DNA of 64,000 bases. Origin: Okamejei kenojei (taxonomy: Eukaryota). The notes under the pieces were generated by a model. The model made no database searches. It saw only the letters and a program-made list of their open reading frames with translations, and was not told the origin of the DNA. Where the stretch lies: assembly GCA_035221665.1 (NCBI GenBank), contig CM069145.1, positions 24,118,001 to 24,182,000 of the forward strand. Direction: 5' to 3'. Position numbers and translations under genes: made by a program. Shown here piece after piece: positions 24,225 through 38,789 of the stretch. How positions within the stretch are numbered: the stretch's first letter is position 1; each line of letters begins with the position of its first letter.

Positions 24225-24868
24225 CAGGGCCCTCAGGGTGGTGACTCTAGAAATAGTGGACGCATTGGTGATCATTTTCCAATGTTCAATAGATTCAGGA
24301 TCAGTTCCTGTGGATTGGAGGATAGCTAATTTTTGTCCCACTTTTCAAGAAAGGAGCGAGAGAGAAAACGGGGAATTATAGACGGTGATGGGAAAGATGC
24401 TGGAGTCAATTATTAAAGAGGTAATAATGGGGCATTTGGATAGCAGTAAAAGGATTAGTCCAAGTCAGCATGGATTTACAAAAGGGAAATCATGCTTGAG
24501 TAATCTTCTGGAATTTTTTGAAGATGTGACAAGTAAAATGGATGAAGGGCTGAAGTGTATCTAGACTTTCAGAAAGGGGCCACAGTCTTAGAATAAAGGG
24601 GAGGCCATTTAAGACTGAGGTGAAAAAAAACTTTTTCACCCAGAGAGTTGTGAATTTGTGGAATTCCCTGCTACAGAGGGCAGTGGAGGCCAAGTCACTG
24701 GATGGATTTAAGAGAGAGTTAGATATAGCTCTGGGGACTAGTGGAATCAAGGGATGTGGGGAGAAGGCAGGCACTGGTTATTGATTGGAGACGATCAGCC
24801 ATGATCACAATCAATGGCGGTGCTGGCTCGAAGGGCCGAATGGCCTCCTCCTGCACCTATTTTCTATA
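24225..24868 (+). mobile_element. CR1 LINE fragment with internal deletion
   Basis: Peptides VPVDWRIAN and QHGFTKGKSCLSNLLEFFEDVT, then a 3' end gggccgaatggcctcctcctgcacc. Confidence 0.8.
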
Positions 24869-25238
24869 TGTTTACCTGTGACCAGTCTAGATGAAGGGCC
24901 TCAACCTGAACGGTAGACTGTCCATTTCTCTCCACAGATGCTGCTGAGTTCCTCCAGCTGCTCTGCTTTTTTTTAAAAAACAGATTCCTGTCTTTACTGC
25001 CTCCAGAATACCACAAGGTGTTTTGTTGAAGAATTAAACCTTTTTCTTGCTCAGTTCCCACCACCAAATATAGCAAGTCTATCTTATTGCAAACAGGGAT
25101 CGGGGAATCCTCTGTCCGCATATAATCGCATTCTTTCTCGTAAAACGCACCGAGTTTTCGAACCTTAATATTCAGTCCTCAGTGTGTGTACCTGAAATAC
25201 ACCCACAGGGCTGGAAAGTTTCTCGACCTTGCTTGTAA

Positions 25239-25424
<186 letters not shown>

Positions 25425-26009
25425 TAAATATTACCTTATTTTCCTTGGCTGTGATTAAAGCCTTGTTTTTGTAACAAACATAGCAAGGTTTATTCTCTGC
25501 TATTTTCTGCAAGCTAACTTCCTCTTCTGAGTTTTCCTATTTAGTCATTGTGAATTTTCCACTAAAATGATTAAAAGGTGATTCTGCAATTAGAGGGAGA
25601 ATACGGGCCTTAGTTAGTATCTTACTTCCTGGCAGCCGCAAAAATACCCAGCTTCTGCCCTGCTGTAGTAGCTTAGATAACTTTGCGGTTAGTTCTGCTT
25701 GTGGGTGGTGATTCCCCAGAATATTGCAGGCAGGAGGATTAGGACTGGGAATAGATGGGTACTGGAAGTGTAATTGTGTCACAGTTTCCCTCATTTTATA
25801 TGTCGGGGATTAGGTCAGGGCTCACAACTGAATCAGAAATCAGCTGGAGACTGCAGTGAATCATGCTGCAAGATGGTCAAATAATCATCATTATAAAACT
25901 GAAGCAAATTGATTTTATCTGATTCAATATATTGGTCCTGGCTTGGATATATGAATTTGTGACAGGTGGATAGCTGAGAAGAGAGCCAAATACGGCTGTC
26001 CCTCTTCTC

Positions 26010-26310
26010 GAGACGCTTCTTCAGACTGAAAGACGGGAAAGGGAAACGAGAGAGATAAGCAGTGATGTCGAGAGATTTAAAACAAATGAATGAAAGATAT
26101 GCAAAAAAGTAATGATGATAAAGGAAACGGGTAATTGTTAGCTGTGTGTTAGGTAAAAATGAGTACAGACAATGAGAGTCAACAAGACAACTTTGAAGCT
26201 GGTACGACTTGGGTGGGGGAGGGATGGTAAGAGAGGGGATGCAGGGGTTACTGGAAGTCATCAAAAGTCATACCACTGGGTTGTAAGCTGCCCAAGCGAA
26301 ATATGCAGGG
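26010..26310 (-). mobile_element. Penelope-like 3' fragment
   Basis: Reverse complement of the ORF end (ttcgcttgggcagcttacaaccc) plus UTR up to ctgaagaag. Confidence 0.6.
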
Positions 26311-27571
26311 ATATCCATATCCAGGGATATTGTTGGTGAGATTAGGATATTGACTGAATCATTACGTCCATCCCAAACTATTGCTCACTAGTCTATGCAG
26401 CTGCCCTCCTGATATTGGCTTATCCCAACATTATACGGTCACCAGATAGTTGTGTCTTTATTCTGTCCTTCCCTAAATCAATCTTGGATGACCAACCACT
26501 TATTCTGATTTGATGCAACTGAACAGAATGTTATACAATTTCAGACGATTCAATAGTGGTCAAATTGAGTTCTAGTATCACTTTGGAAACTTGTCCATGA
26601 TATTCATCTTAGCACATCCTTGCATTACTTAGGGAATGGTCGCCATCTCGCCATTACATCTGGCCTTTCTGAATGGTATCAAAGACCTTAAGGTACCATA
26701 TGAAGGCCAATAGAAGACCTACAATAAGGTTATGGAAAATATTTATCCATTAACAGGTCACTAAAGCAAATTGCATTGTTATACCCAAACTGAATCCTTA
26801 GTTCCTTGCTATGGCCGATAGTTCAAAGTAAGTGATGGGACTGCCCTTATGGAGGAAGCTGCGTCTGGTAGCAGAAAATTGCAGAAAGTATAAAAATATT
26901 TATAATAGTTTAAGTTCCGGAATTTAATATCTGTAGTTAGTTTGTAATTGCTGATGTGAACGAATGAGTGGGCTTCTATAAGCTGTTTAGCCTGACCATG
27001 ACCCTGTCACAATCTGCAAGGTCAGTTTCATCAGAATAATTGGGACAGCTGACCCATGTCTATTGAAGCACAACGCAGGCAGCCAGCCTGTGGTGCTGTT
27101 GGAATCCGAGGCCACGGCTCTCTGGGTCCTGCTGTTCCTGAACAGAAAATCAAAGTCAGAAAGTAAAATTTCTCTGCAGGGGACATATTTGATTAACTGT
27201 GCACATTTTCATCTATGGGTTATGGGTTTTGCAGAATCACAAGGCCCCACGTCTGCTCTCAGTTGAATATCCGCCGCAACTATTTCTGAAAGCCATATTT
27301 AGAAGCTGAAGCCAATTGAATGACTACAGCTAAGATTGAAACTTAGGAACTCGAGTTAAACAACCAACCCTGTCTTTTTATGGTCTTCAGTTAATTTAAT
27401 TCATTCCTGCACCAACAAACATACCATTTATCCACTATTGCCCCAACTGCTTTGACACCTTTGCATGTATCTATTCACCCGGCCTTTCAATGGTTTGGTT
27501 GATCTATCATTCAGTCTTGTGGGGGGAAATCTGTTGCATATTTCTACTGTACTTTGTTTTTTTTTCCAATT

Positions 27572-27978
27572 GAAAGCATGGAAAAGGGCCCATCAGCCCA
27601 CCGAGTCGGCGCTGCCCATCAATCACCCAATTACACTAGTTCTATGTAGAAACAAAGAACAGCAGATGCTGGTTAATGCAAAAAAGGGCACACAGTGCTG
27701 GAGTAACTAAGTGAGACTTGCTGGTTATCTAGAACTTAGTGTCCTTTTGCACTCTAGTTCTATGTTGTCAGACTTTCACATTGACTCCCTACACACAATT
27801 GGCCCACAGAGGCCAATTAACCTACAAACTGACACGTCTTTGAGATGTGGGGTTAAACCAGGACACCCGGAGGAAGCCCACAGAGAGAACGTGCGTACTC
27901 CACACAGACAGCACCCAAGGTCAGGATCAAACATGGGTATTTGTTGTTGTGAGGCAGCAGCTCTACCAGCCACTGTGC
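27572..27978 (-). mobile_element. HE1-like V-SINE interrupted by a pLTR fragment
   Basis: Reverse-complement V-domain and head; pLTR piece at ~27645-27750. Confidence 0.7.
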
Positions 27979-28005
27979 ATCCTTGCTTTTGTAAACTGCT
28001 ATTGA

Positions 28006-28119
<114 letters not shown>

Positions 28120-29339
28120 TAAGTATTGATGATATCACCAACAGGAAATATGGTAATCCGTTTAGTATAGTCACCTCATTTGTTCTGCCAGGCAAGAGTG
28201 CAGCTGACACAAATACTACAGATTTATGCCCACACAGTTTTGTGCGTACAGGTTTCCCCTATTAATGAAGAGGTTACGTTCCTAAAGAACCCTTTGTTGT
28301 GTGAACATTTGTGCAGTGGGAGGTAAAAAATTATCTGGAAAATATTCAAGTTGGTAGGTAGCATAAGATTTCAATAATCTGCTATTTAAAAAATAAAAAA
28401 AAAACATTTAGAAGGCAAAGAGAGGCCAGAAAGGTAAATGTTGTGGCACAAAAAAATGGTGTGAGGTGGGCACAATCTGTGTTTCAGGTAGTGGAAGTGA
28501 CAGAGACAGATGAGTTTATCAAATGGATGGATGTTGTTGGTATCGGTTTGGTGGGGACAAAAGTTAACTGTTCAAGCAGTTTAGAGGGATGAGGGGGGAC
28601 CGAATAGTGAAAGGCCTCGATAGAGTTGATGTGGAGAGGATGTTTCCACTTGTGAGAGAGTCTTGAATCTGAGGGCATAGCCTCAGAATAAAAGGATGTA
28701 CCTTTAGAAAGGAGATGGGCAGGAATTTCTTTAATCAGAGGATGGAGAATCGGTGGATCTGTGCTGAGTAATGGGACAGACATCAGGAAACCAATCATAT
28801 TTACATTGGCTATCAGGAATTGGCCGAATTGCTACTAATACAATTTTCCCATTTCTCAATAATATCAAATCACAATTTTACTTTAGAAAATGTGGTCTTG
28901 TGTTACATTTCCTTCCTTCCTTCCAAAGCAAGCACAATTTGGCACCTTTAAGTTTATTAAACAGCAAATGGACCTCAATTTTAACATCTGTGGTTTTAAT
29001 TAAATTTTATATTTTTATGATTGAACTTGATGTTCCACTTCTTTAGCAAAAGTAGGCGAAAGGTTAAGAAGGTGAATGCGTGCTGAGGAATCAAGGGATA
29101 TGGGGAGAAGACAGGAACAGGGTACAGGTTGGGGATGATCAGCCATGATCACATTGAATGGCGGTGCGGGCTCGAAGGGCAGAATGGCCTATTCCAGCAC
29201 CTATTGTCTGTTGTCTATTGAATTTGTGCAAGGGGCAGGGATTCAGATTTTTGGACCAGTGGGATCTCTCCTGGACACTTGATTGCCAGAGGGCAGGTCA
29301 ATGTTCCAGTGTTCCAATGATCGAGTGGTAAAGTTGGTA

Positions 29340-29940
29340 TAGTGTAATCTTGCCTTCATTAATCAGGGCATTGAGTGTCAGAGTCATGTTGCAGCTTTAT
29401 AGGCTTTGGTTAGACCAAGTATCGTGTACAGTTCTGGTAGCTCCATTACAGGAAGGATGTGGAAGCTTTGCAGAGGGTGCAGAAGAGGTTTACTAGAATG
29501 AAGCCTGGTTTTGAGGTTATTAGCGATAAGGAGAGGCTAAACAAACTTGGATTGTTTTCTCTGGAGTGTGAGAGGCTGAGGGAAGACCTAATAGATGTAC
29601 ATGAAATTATGAGCGGACATAAGGTAGATGGCTAGAACCTTTTCCCAGGATGGAAATGTCAAAAACTAGAAGGCGTAGCTTTAAGGTGAGAGAGGTAAAG
29701 AGATGTGCATGGCTCTTTATTTTACAGTGGTGGGTGCATGGAACATGTTGCAGAGCTGGCAGAGGCAGATACAATAGTGACATTTGAGAGGCTTTTGGAT
29801 AAACACATGAATATGTGTGGTATCGAGGGATATGGATCATGTGCAGGCAGAGGGGATTAGTTTATTTTGGCATCATGTTCAGCATAGACATTATGGGCCG
29901 AAGAGCCTGTTCTTTGTGCTATACTGCTCTATGTTCTATT
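29340..29940 (+). mobile_element. CR1 LINE 3' fragment
   Basis: gagggtgcagaagaggtttactagaatg (RVQKRFTRM); ends gggccgaagagcctgttc. Confidence 0.75.
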
Positions 29941-31619
29941 ATGTGGATCTCATATTTTTTAAATTACGAATTTTACCAACAGTCCAGATCAGATAGACAC
30001 AAAATGCTGGAGTAACTCAGCAGGACAGGCAGCATCTCTGAAGAGAAGGAATGGATGATGTTTTGGGTCGAGACCCTTCTTCTCTACTTTAAACAGCTCT
30101 ACGTCCAGATTAGGTGTTTAGAAACAAAGAACTGCAGACGCTGGTTAATACACAAAAGGACACAAGATGCTGGAGTAACTCAGCGAGTCAGGCATCATCT
30201 CTTCTGAACATGGATAGGTGAGGTTTCAGCACAAGACCCACCTGAAAGGTCACCTATCCACGTTCTCCAGGGATGCTGCGCAAACCCGCTGTGTTACTCC
30301 AGCACTTTGTGTACTTCAGGACAAATCAGATACTTTCTTCAATGCTGAACTTCAAGTCAGTAAGTTTAGTTTGCTGATAGGATGAAGAATGTGCTTCACA
30401 AACAAAATCAAAATCTTCAGTTCTGCATCTGTAATCTTCACTAAAACCTTCCACTGCAATGTCACAGTAACTAAGAACTTAAATGGATTAGAAACGTGGG
30501 TTATCACTTTACCATAAAATCATTACTTTTGATGTCTACATTTCTTTTATCCTAATGACTGATCATGCTGCAAGCATCTGAGAATTGATTGTTGGTCGCC
30601 AAAGCAAAAAGTGAGAATCATTTCGCGATTGAGTGCAAAAGGCATCATGCACATACATAGTGCAAAAAATCCAGAAAAATATAGAATAGTTCAATACAGG
30701 TTTGAGTTCAGCAATTTTCAGTGCTTAACAAGTACATCTCAGAACTGTCATTTCTGATGCTTTTAACCCCACGTTAGAATGAGATGGTACAAAAAAAATA
30801 ATGTTTTTTTAATTGCAGCTTTTATTGTCCACCCTACTCTTCAACGCATATCTGGTTCGTGGACATGATCCTCAAGGACTTTAGACTGCACTATGACTGA
30901 TAAACTAACTCTTGCACTAACTCTTGTTCATCTAATATTCAAAACCAATGTAATTAAATTAATTCTCATTATTTAAATTGGTAAATCTATCCCCTTTATC
31001 CCAATGAGAGAATCACAGTTCCAGAGAATTCTGGGTGGACATATTTAGTGCTTGGACAAGGGCTCCAGGAGCAAGTATGGGGAGATGTGAAAATAGATTT
31101 AATATTTACAGTATCTGCAGTTTTTTTTAAATTTTATTTCAAAGACTATCTTTGAGAGACAGCCAAATAATAGGTCTCCAAATAAACCAAACTAAGTAAG
31201 CACCATCATGTTTTAAGTCTAAACATTATGGCCTTTTACAGATCTGCACAAAGACATTTGCCATGACTAAAATTAGGAAACCAATAGGATGATGAGCTCT
31301 CTTTGAAGTATAACAAATAGAACTGTTGTGTTAAAATCATTTTGAAATACTGAAGGAGGGGATGGGGTGTGGAAGTTCAGTGAAAATTACAAATATTTGA
31401 AAATATTCTTCCTTTCCAGTTCAGTTGCTTACCAAATATTTGCTATGACAAAGGGTTATATTTGATATGTCATAAATCTATTGTTTTTTACTACAGCAAA
31501 GATTAGAGAATACATTTCCCATCTTGCACCAAAATCTCAGTTAACACCATTCCTATATTTAAGGTAGCCCCAGGACAATTTAACTGTTCTTCCCATGGGC
31601 AAGTGGTGATTTTAAGTTT

Positions 31620-32068
31620 AAATGGCCTCATCAAAGCATGGTCAATAAAGAACACCAACTTCTCTACTTCCTTAGAAGTTCAAAATGTCCCCAACAACTC
31701 TCACCAACTTCTACAGATGCTCCAATGAAAGTATTTCATCAGAATGCATCACGGCATGGTTTGGGAACAGCTCCACGCAAGAAATTGCAGAGAGTTGTGG
31801 ACGCAGTCCAGTCCATCGCGCAAACAACCTCCTTTCCATTAACTTCGTCTACACTTCACGCTGCCTTGGCAAGGCCACCAGCATCATCAAGGACCAGTCA
31901 CTCCCTCGTCTCCTCTTTCCCATCCGACTAGAGGCACAGATGTTTGAAAATGTATACCACCGTATTCACGGACTGTTTCTTCGCAGCTGTTATTAGGCAA
32001 CTGAACCATCCTCTCACCAACTAGAGAGTGGTCCTGATCTACCTTATTGTGGACCTTCAAACTATCTT
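31620..32068 (+). mobile_element. Degenerate Rex1/Babar-like LINE fragment
   Basis: Frameshifted peptides HQLLYFLR, TLTNFYRCSNESISSECITAWFGN and YTSRCLGKATSIIKD. Confidence 0.7.
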
Positions 32069-32442
32069 TAAATCTGTGGAAGCCAATGTAAATACGATTG
32101 GTTCCCTGATGTCTGTTCCACTACTCTTGCTCTAAATTGTGTATGAATGGGCTTCAGGTGAATATAAGTGCAGGCGTCACTGTGGTGTCTTGTAACACAG
32201 AACTTCTTAAACTGGTGAATGAAATTATTTTGGTGTGAATTCGTTAATTTATGTTTTTTGCTCATGTGACAAAATATATATAAAATTATACACAAGGGCG
32301 AATAAGACAAAAAATGTTTGTACACCAATGCAGAATGATCTCAGTGACATGCCAATAAATAACAACAGAATATTTCCATTGCCTGAGGCATTGTGGTGAT
32401 GGCGTTTCACAAGGCAGGATGAGAGAAGCTAGAGGGAAGTAA

Positions 32443-32661
<219 letters not shown>

Positions 32662-32711
32662 TAAGTCTCATAACTCTAGTATGTTGTAAGACAGAACAAT
32701 TAAAGTAATGT

Positions 32712-32798
32712 GGGGGTTACACAAAATGCTGGAGAAACTCAGCGGGTGCAGCAGCATCTAAGGAGCGAAGGAGATAGGCGACGTTTCGTTTCTTCGTT
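32712..32798 (-). mobile_element. pLTR-derived mini-insert with 17-bp TSD
   Basis: AACAATTAAAGTAATGT at 32695-32711 and 32799-32815. Confidence 0.8.
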
Positions 32799-33537
32799 AA
32801 CAATTAAAGTAATGTATCTGGGTGAACCAAACTCTGCAAGCTCTGTCTCTCCCTGTACCAGTGGGTACACTTGTGGTTGCTACTTTAAGGTCCTATTCTC
32901 ATTTAACAATTATTCTAATATTTAATTGCTGCTTGTGAAATTACTAGCCACTCCTAGTGCTGAATTGAGATTACTCATTATGGACGTGGCCAACCTACAC
33001 CCATGAATCAGACATTCAGACTCTTGCAGTATTCACCAGGGAAAAACAATCCTTTCTTTTTCTTGATGCAGTTAGCCTGCCAAAAAGCTGAGCACATTCT
33101 GGAGAATGCTCCAAGGTCCTGGTGATCTTTGTTTATGTTCTAGATAACAATGTATTTGTATGTCTAAACAATGGCTTTGCTGTTGTATCATTAATAGGTT
33201 TTGGTCCTTATTATATTTTAGAAATGGCATTTCATGAAAAATAGAAAGCTATTGACAGAATTTCTGAGAATAAGTTATTGGGTCTGTCCAAGCAGGCTAC
33301 AGTCTTTAGGCTACTTGCCAATAATACAATAATCTGAAAACTGTCTTGAACTTTATATTGATTGCATAACTGAATATTTTTGAACTCTGAAAGTTGTTGA
33401 TAGATTAGAATGAAACAGAGCTATAGTCACTATTCTTTACACCGAGCTCAAATAATGTGTAACTTCAGCACTGAAAGTTACTAAGAAAATACTGTTTGTA
33501 TTATAATTTGCACCAATTTAAATGCAAGCTGGAGTGA

Positions 33538-33750
<213 letters not shown>

Positions 33751-34767
33751 TAAGGAATATAAATTAAGCAAACACTGGTTCTCTTTCGCCTCAGGATGAA
33801 GTTATGTATGCTTATACATTCAAAATGTTTTAATTAATGCAGTTTAGACTGCAGGGTACATCATAATCTTGATTCAGTGAGTACTCATTGTTTTGAAGAA
33901 AAAATGTTTCACTGTTGCCAGTTAATTAGCATCAACGATTCCTAATCCTTTAAGAAAGAGATCAAAGTACAATAAAATGAGATGACTTCCTGCTGATGGT
34001 CACAATCCACAATTGTGGTTATGGTCTGTTCCAGATCGATGAAAGGGTTTATATGACATTTCGCACAGTACTGGTATGCTAGCAAAATGGGTTTTAGAGA
34101 GTACCCATTGCTTGTTATAAGAAAAGTACAACATGTTTTAGTATTTCAGTCTTTGTTTGTATAATTACAAATATTAACTAGTGTTCAGACTATAAAGTTG
34201 CTTTAAGAATTATTGTTTGCTCAAGGGCTCTATACTTTTAGTATTAACTATTCAAAATATGATTGTACTCATCAACCAGTCACCACTTACAGCACATGCC
34301 GATAGCAATTCAGACCTGTAGAAAGTATGTTTGCAACATGGTTTATGGCTAAAACACGACCTATTGAAATTTGTGGCAAGTATATCAGTTTATGAAATAT
34401 AGAATGAACTGGATGTTAATGTTTCAACCCTGTTTGCTGGTAAAGTATTACTTTTTGGAATATCGTAGAATTTGAGCAGGTAACATCTCCAACATCTAAT
34501 ATTACGCTTTTGACTTTGTACAATACTATTTCAAAATAAAACTGAAATAGGCAATTAAATCTGCTTAATAAGATGTTTTCTCACAATACTTTAACATATT
34601 AATGATTTGTGTTAGGGATTTAATTTAATTGCTGTTACTGTATATTTTTAAAATAATTCATTTGGCTTAATATAATTAACCCAAAGACGTATAAATGTTA
34701 ACAAGAATATAGATGATGAAAGCAGCAATCCTTAATTTCTTTAATAATTGTTCTTTTCTACTGGCAG

Positions 34768-34932
34768 GAATATTTGGACCTCTCTGCACCATTAGAACAG
34801 TATTCGCCTAGTTACCCTGGCATTAGGAGTTCCTGCTCATCAGGAGATGACTCTGTATTCTCTGACCCCATGTCCAATGATCCATGTCTTTCAAAGTATC
34901 AACAGCACATGAATGGTACAATTAAAACATGA
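34768..34932 (+). CDS. fgfr2: FGFR2 terminal coding exon (C1-type tail with PLCgamma-docking EYLDL)
   Basis: ggcag|GAATAT...ACATGA. Encodes [54 protein letters not shown]. Confidence 0.96.
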   Translation, partial: EYLDLSAPLEQYSPSYPGIRSSCSSGDDSVFSDPMSNDPCLSKYQQHMNGTIKT

Positions 34933-37900
34933 ATGAAAAAAGCTGACTCTTGCAAAACTGACTTTAAACACAGTCTTCCCTGTTTCACATATCTTCACGG
35001 AACTTGGATACGATACAGAATGTTGGTTGGATCGGATTAAAAAGAAAACAAGGATTGCAATAAGCTGTTCATGAAGAAATGTTCAGCTGTATATATTTTG
35101 TTGCAACGAAGACTGAATAAGTATTATGAGTGAGATTTTGTTTTTGGTGACTTGGCCAATTCATATTCCATCAAAAGCTGACTGTTGGACTTTGGCAAGA
35201 CTTAAAGTAGGAAGTTCTGCCTAGATTGTTAATTTTGTAATTTTGGAAAAGTTATTCAGCATAAAACTTAAGTGCTGGCTATATTTGTAAATATGCCCAA
35301 ATATGTATAAATATATTTTATATATATATATAATTATATATATATATTTACAGTGAACTATTTTTTTGTATGGATAAAAACGTGATTCTATTGCAACCAG
35401 AAAATGAAAACAACTTTTGTCAGATAACTAAATGCGCTTGAAAACTGTTTCTGCAGTAATTCCTAGCACTTCAGTTATGCAACATTTTCAAGACACTGAG
35501 TTATTCTTTTTCAGGGAATAATTTATTTAACTGGTATTTAGCAACAAAACAATTAATCTTAATTTCTTGTATAATGTGTGGCTTTTGCAAGATGGGAAAT
35601 GGATTGAACTTTAAAACATATTGGAATGGGTGTTTATAACAGTTCTGTCTAAGCTCAGGTGTTTGGCCAGAAAATTACCATTCGATTTGAAGCAGCAAAT
35701 AGATTTTCACTTGAAGTTTTGCTCAGTAAGAATGTGTGAATTCATCCTCTTAAATCTGGCCATCCACTAGGTTTCAATGTTTGCTGATGGAAAATAATTA
35801 GAGATCCATCAAGACAATAAATTTGCAATGACATGGTTTTGGACACAATGGCTTGGTTTACCTCAGCTGTGATGATGTAAGAAGAGATGGTGAGGAGTAT
35901 AAAAATGGCCATTTCCTTGTCCAATCTTCCACTCGCAATACTAATTCGACAAGATCAGATTTCATGCTCATTTTCTTCTCTAACTTTCTCCATCTTGGCC
36001 AGGAACCTTTGGATAACTGTTTGGTAGGCCTTGGCAGGTTAATTACAGATTGCCAACCTTCTTCAGTGGAGGAGGAAGGCAAAATAAAGCTTCCCACATT
36101 CCATTATTGTTCCGAAGACTTCACGAATATATCCCCTTCAGCACAACTATTCTGTTTTCTAGCGTTCTGGAATGCTGTGGTGCATGCCCTGCAGGAGCAC
36201 TGTCGGGATTGTTCCTCCATGGGCCTCAGTCCTCTGCCTTGCAATGGCAATGAACCTGGCAGGTCAACGCTGAATTAGATGGGACTATGATCCTGATAAA
36301 TGGGTTAAGGCTAATGGCAGAGGTGTAGGAGCTTAAAAAAAACCCTGCTCTAATTCTGTTAGACACTTTAGGCGAGGTTAATCTCAAAAAGGTTGATGCT
36401 GTATTCTTTACAACTGTAAAATAGCTCATAGAAATATGTGAATTCATTACAAATTATTAACATTTTCCACAATTAATAGAAATTGATTGTATCCTTAATC
36501 ACGCTAAAGTTTCTTCTATAAATATAGGTGACCTAACCTTCACTAAAGTCATTTATTTCTACCAGTGTTTACTCATGATTCCAGCATCTGCCATCTCTTG
36601 TGTCACCATTAATTTCTGTCATATATATTTCTAAATGTTAATTGTAAGTTATTGTGAGTTTGGTTTTGAAGATCAGATACCAATTTGTCAATCTACATGA
36701 TCAGAAGAGTTTAACTATTTGTGAACTGAAATACCTTTGAAAGTCTTAAATGCTATTTGAAAGTCCACAAGTACTAATTTATTTGGCTGCTGGACATAGG
36801 TATTTAGTTGTGAAATTAAAATTGACAATATTTTCCATGAGGTAGAATAGTTTCCGAAGTTGCTGTTGCTTTGACATTGCCTCGCAGTAAGTTTAATCTC
36901 TTACTCTTGAACAAGATTGTGTTCTGGTTTGCTAGTTATCATCATACGGTGTTTTAATGAAATAAGATGTAGTATAATAGACACAAATGTTTAAGGGACC
37001 ATTTAAGTGCTCTGAACAATTATCTTCACTGTTTTTCAGTATTATAATTTCCCATAAACTTGTTTTAACATGTCACAAGTTCACTCTCATGTTGTTACCT
37101 CTATCAATGAGCTTTCCAATCAGTGCCAAAATGACCAGTGAAACGATGGTATCTTTACAGGTCATTGCTAGATTATATAGAACATAGTTGATGTGACCTC
37201 AGAAGGCTCAACACACTTTTCTTTGAGTTCTTTTTTTAGGATTCCTGATAACTGGGTTAAGGCTAATGGCATAATAAACCCTAGTAGGACTGATCCAACA
37301 ACAAACCCTATTCTAACTGAAATAATATCAAAGCAATTACATTTCTGATCTTCCTTTTTAGTAAAAATGACATTATCTTCAATTAAGAATAATTGGTTAA
37401 TTGTGTGAAGCAATATAGACCAGAGATCTGAAGTTGAAAACTTGTTTGTGATTCAATGCTGACTTCATTCATTGGATCTGTTATACGTGTGCTCCAGGAA
37501 AATATGTTTATCCTGTTCTGGCATTGAAATTGATCTGAAGCTAATGGCATTGTATTTGTTCATGCTTCACATAGCTTAGTCATTTTCCTTTGCTTTTCAA
37601 TACCTAAAGTAGTACAGCATTAGGCCTGAATAACCCTGTATTTAGATCAATAATTTAAAGTGCACTCTAGCAAAGAAAACCAAACAGCTACCCAACATTA
37701 GATTACCAAAGCTAGAAGGGCTTTAAGTGATACGTATGTTGCTTGAAATGATAGGTATGGTCATTTCGATCTGAAAATAATCAGGATGTTACATATTTAG
37801 TTTAGCTATAAAAGCACACTACTACAGAAATGTAACCAATTCAAAATTATGATGAATATTACTTAGCAAGCCCTTTAAAATGCAATGTCAGAATAGGAAA

Positions 37901-38480
37901 AATAAATGACACTATAAGATGTGTTTGCCCAATGTAACATAAATGAAGTAATTAGAGGATATATACTATGTTGGCAGGAAAACATGCAAGACCAAAATTT
38001 AGCCTGTTGCTTTGCTTTGGTGAGAGGGTGTGTAGTTCATTCTTATCTACATTCCACTACTTTGTATATTTTTATAAAGCATTTGTCATCCTCTGTGTTG
38101 TAATGTTCAAATTTGTGCATGGATTTCATAACACAATGTACAACTAATTTATTGATTTTTTTTTTTTACAAAAAAAGTTTTATTTTGTTGTTACAAATTT
38201 TCAAATAGCTAAAAGCCGAGTTAAGGCTATAAATGATTTGTTTATATGAAATATTTGCTTCTATATTATGCTATTTGTTCTGGTTAAATACTGCTGGACA
38301 CATTATTAAGCAAACAAAATGTAACCAAAACTTAGTTTACTTGTCCTTTAAATGCCTAAAGGATTTAAATCCCTTTTTAATTTAAATGTTATTCTTTTTC
38401 CCTGACATGACCTGTAAAATTGTTGACCAACACAATGTTGATATTGATTATTTGAGAGATAATAAAATATTCAAAGCCCA
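34933..38480 (+). other. fgfr2: Probable FGFR2 3' UTR (3' end uncertain)
   Basis: AT-rich and poor in young repeats after the stop codon. AATAAA candidates at 37901, 38461 and 38531; the true cleavage site cannot be fixed from sequence. Confidence 0.45.
35320..35348. repeat. (TA)n microsatellite in the 3' UTR
   Basis: tatatatatatataattatatatatata. Confidence 0.85.
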
Positions 38481-38789
38481 CTATAAATTGTCAGCTGTTG
38501 CATAAACTGCATTTTGCCACCAGTAGAAACAATAAATCGAGGCTCTAGCTTTAGTCATGCAGTGTTTGTGTTGTGATCGCAGGACAAATTTTGTTTAAAT
38601 ACAGCAACATGCAACATGTGTATTTTCAAGGTTTATTTACAATGTGCTCAACACTAATAGCGGTGATGGACATGTAAATCGGTTGAGGGATATTAGATAC
38701 AAGTGCAGACAAAAATGAGCTCAGCTAAAGGATTATTACACACTCCATTTTGTTACATCTTTATGATATCACCAGTTAGCTGTTGCATT

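Noticed and set aside
35853-36278. 141-aa + strand ORF after the FGFR2 stop
   Set aside because: No recognisable domain, non-ATG start, lies in the probable UTR and antisense to a possible LINE relic.
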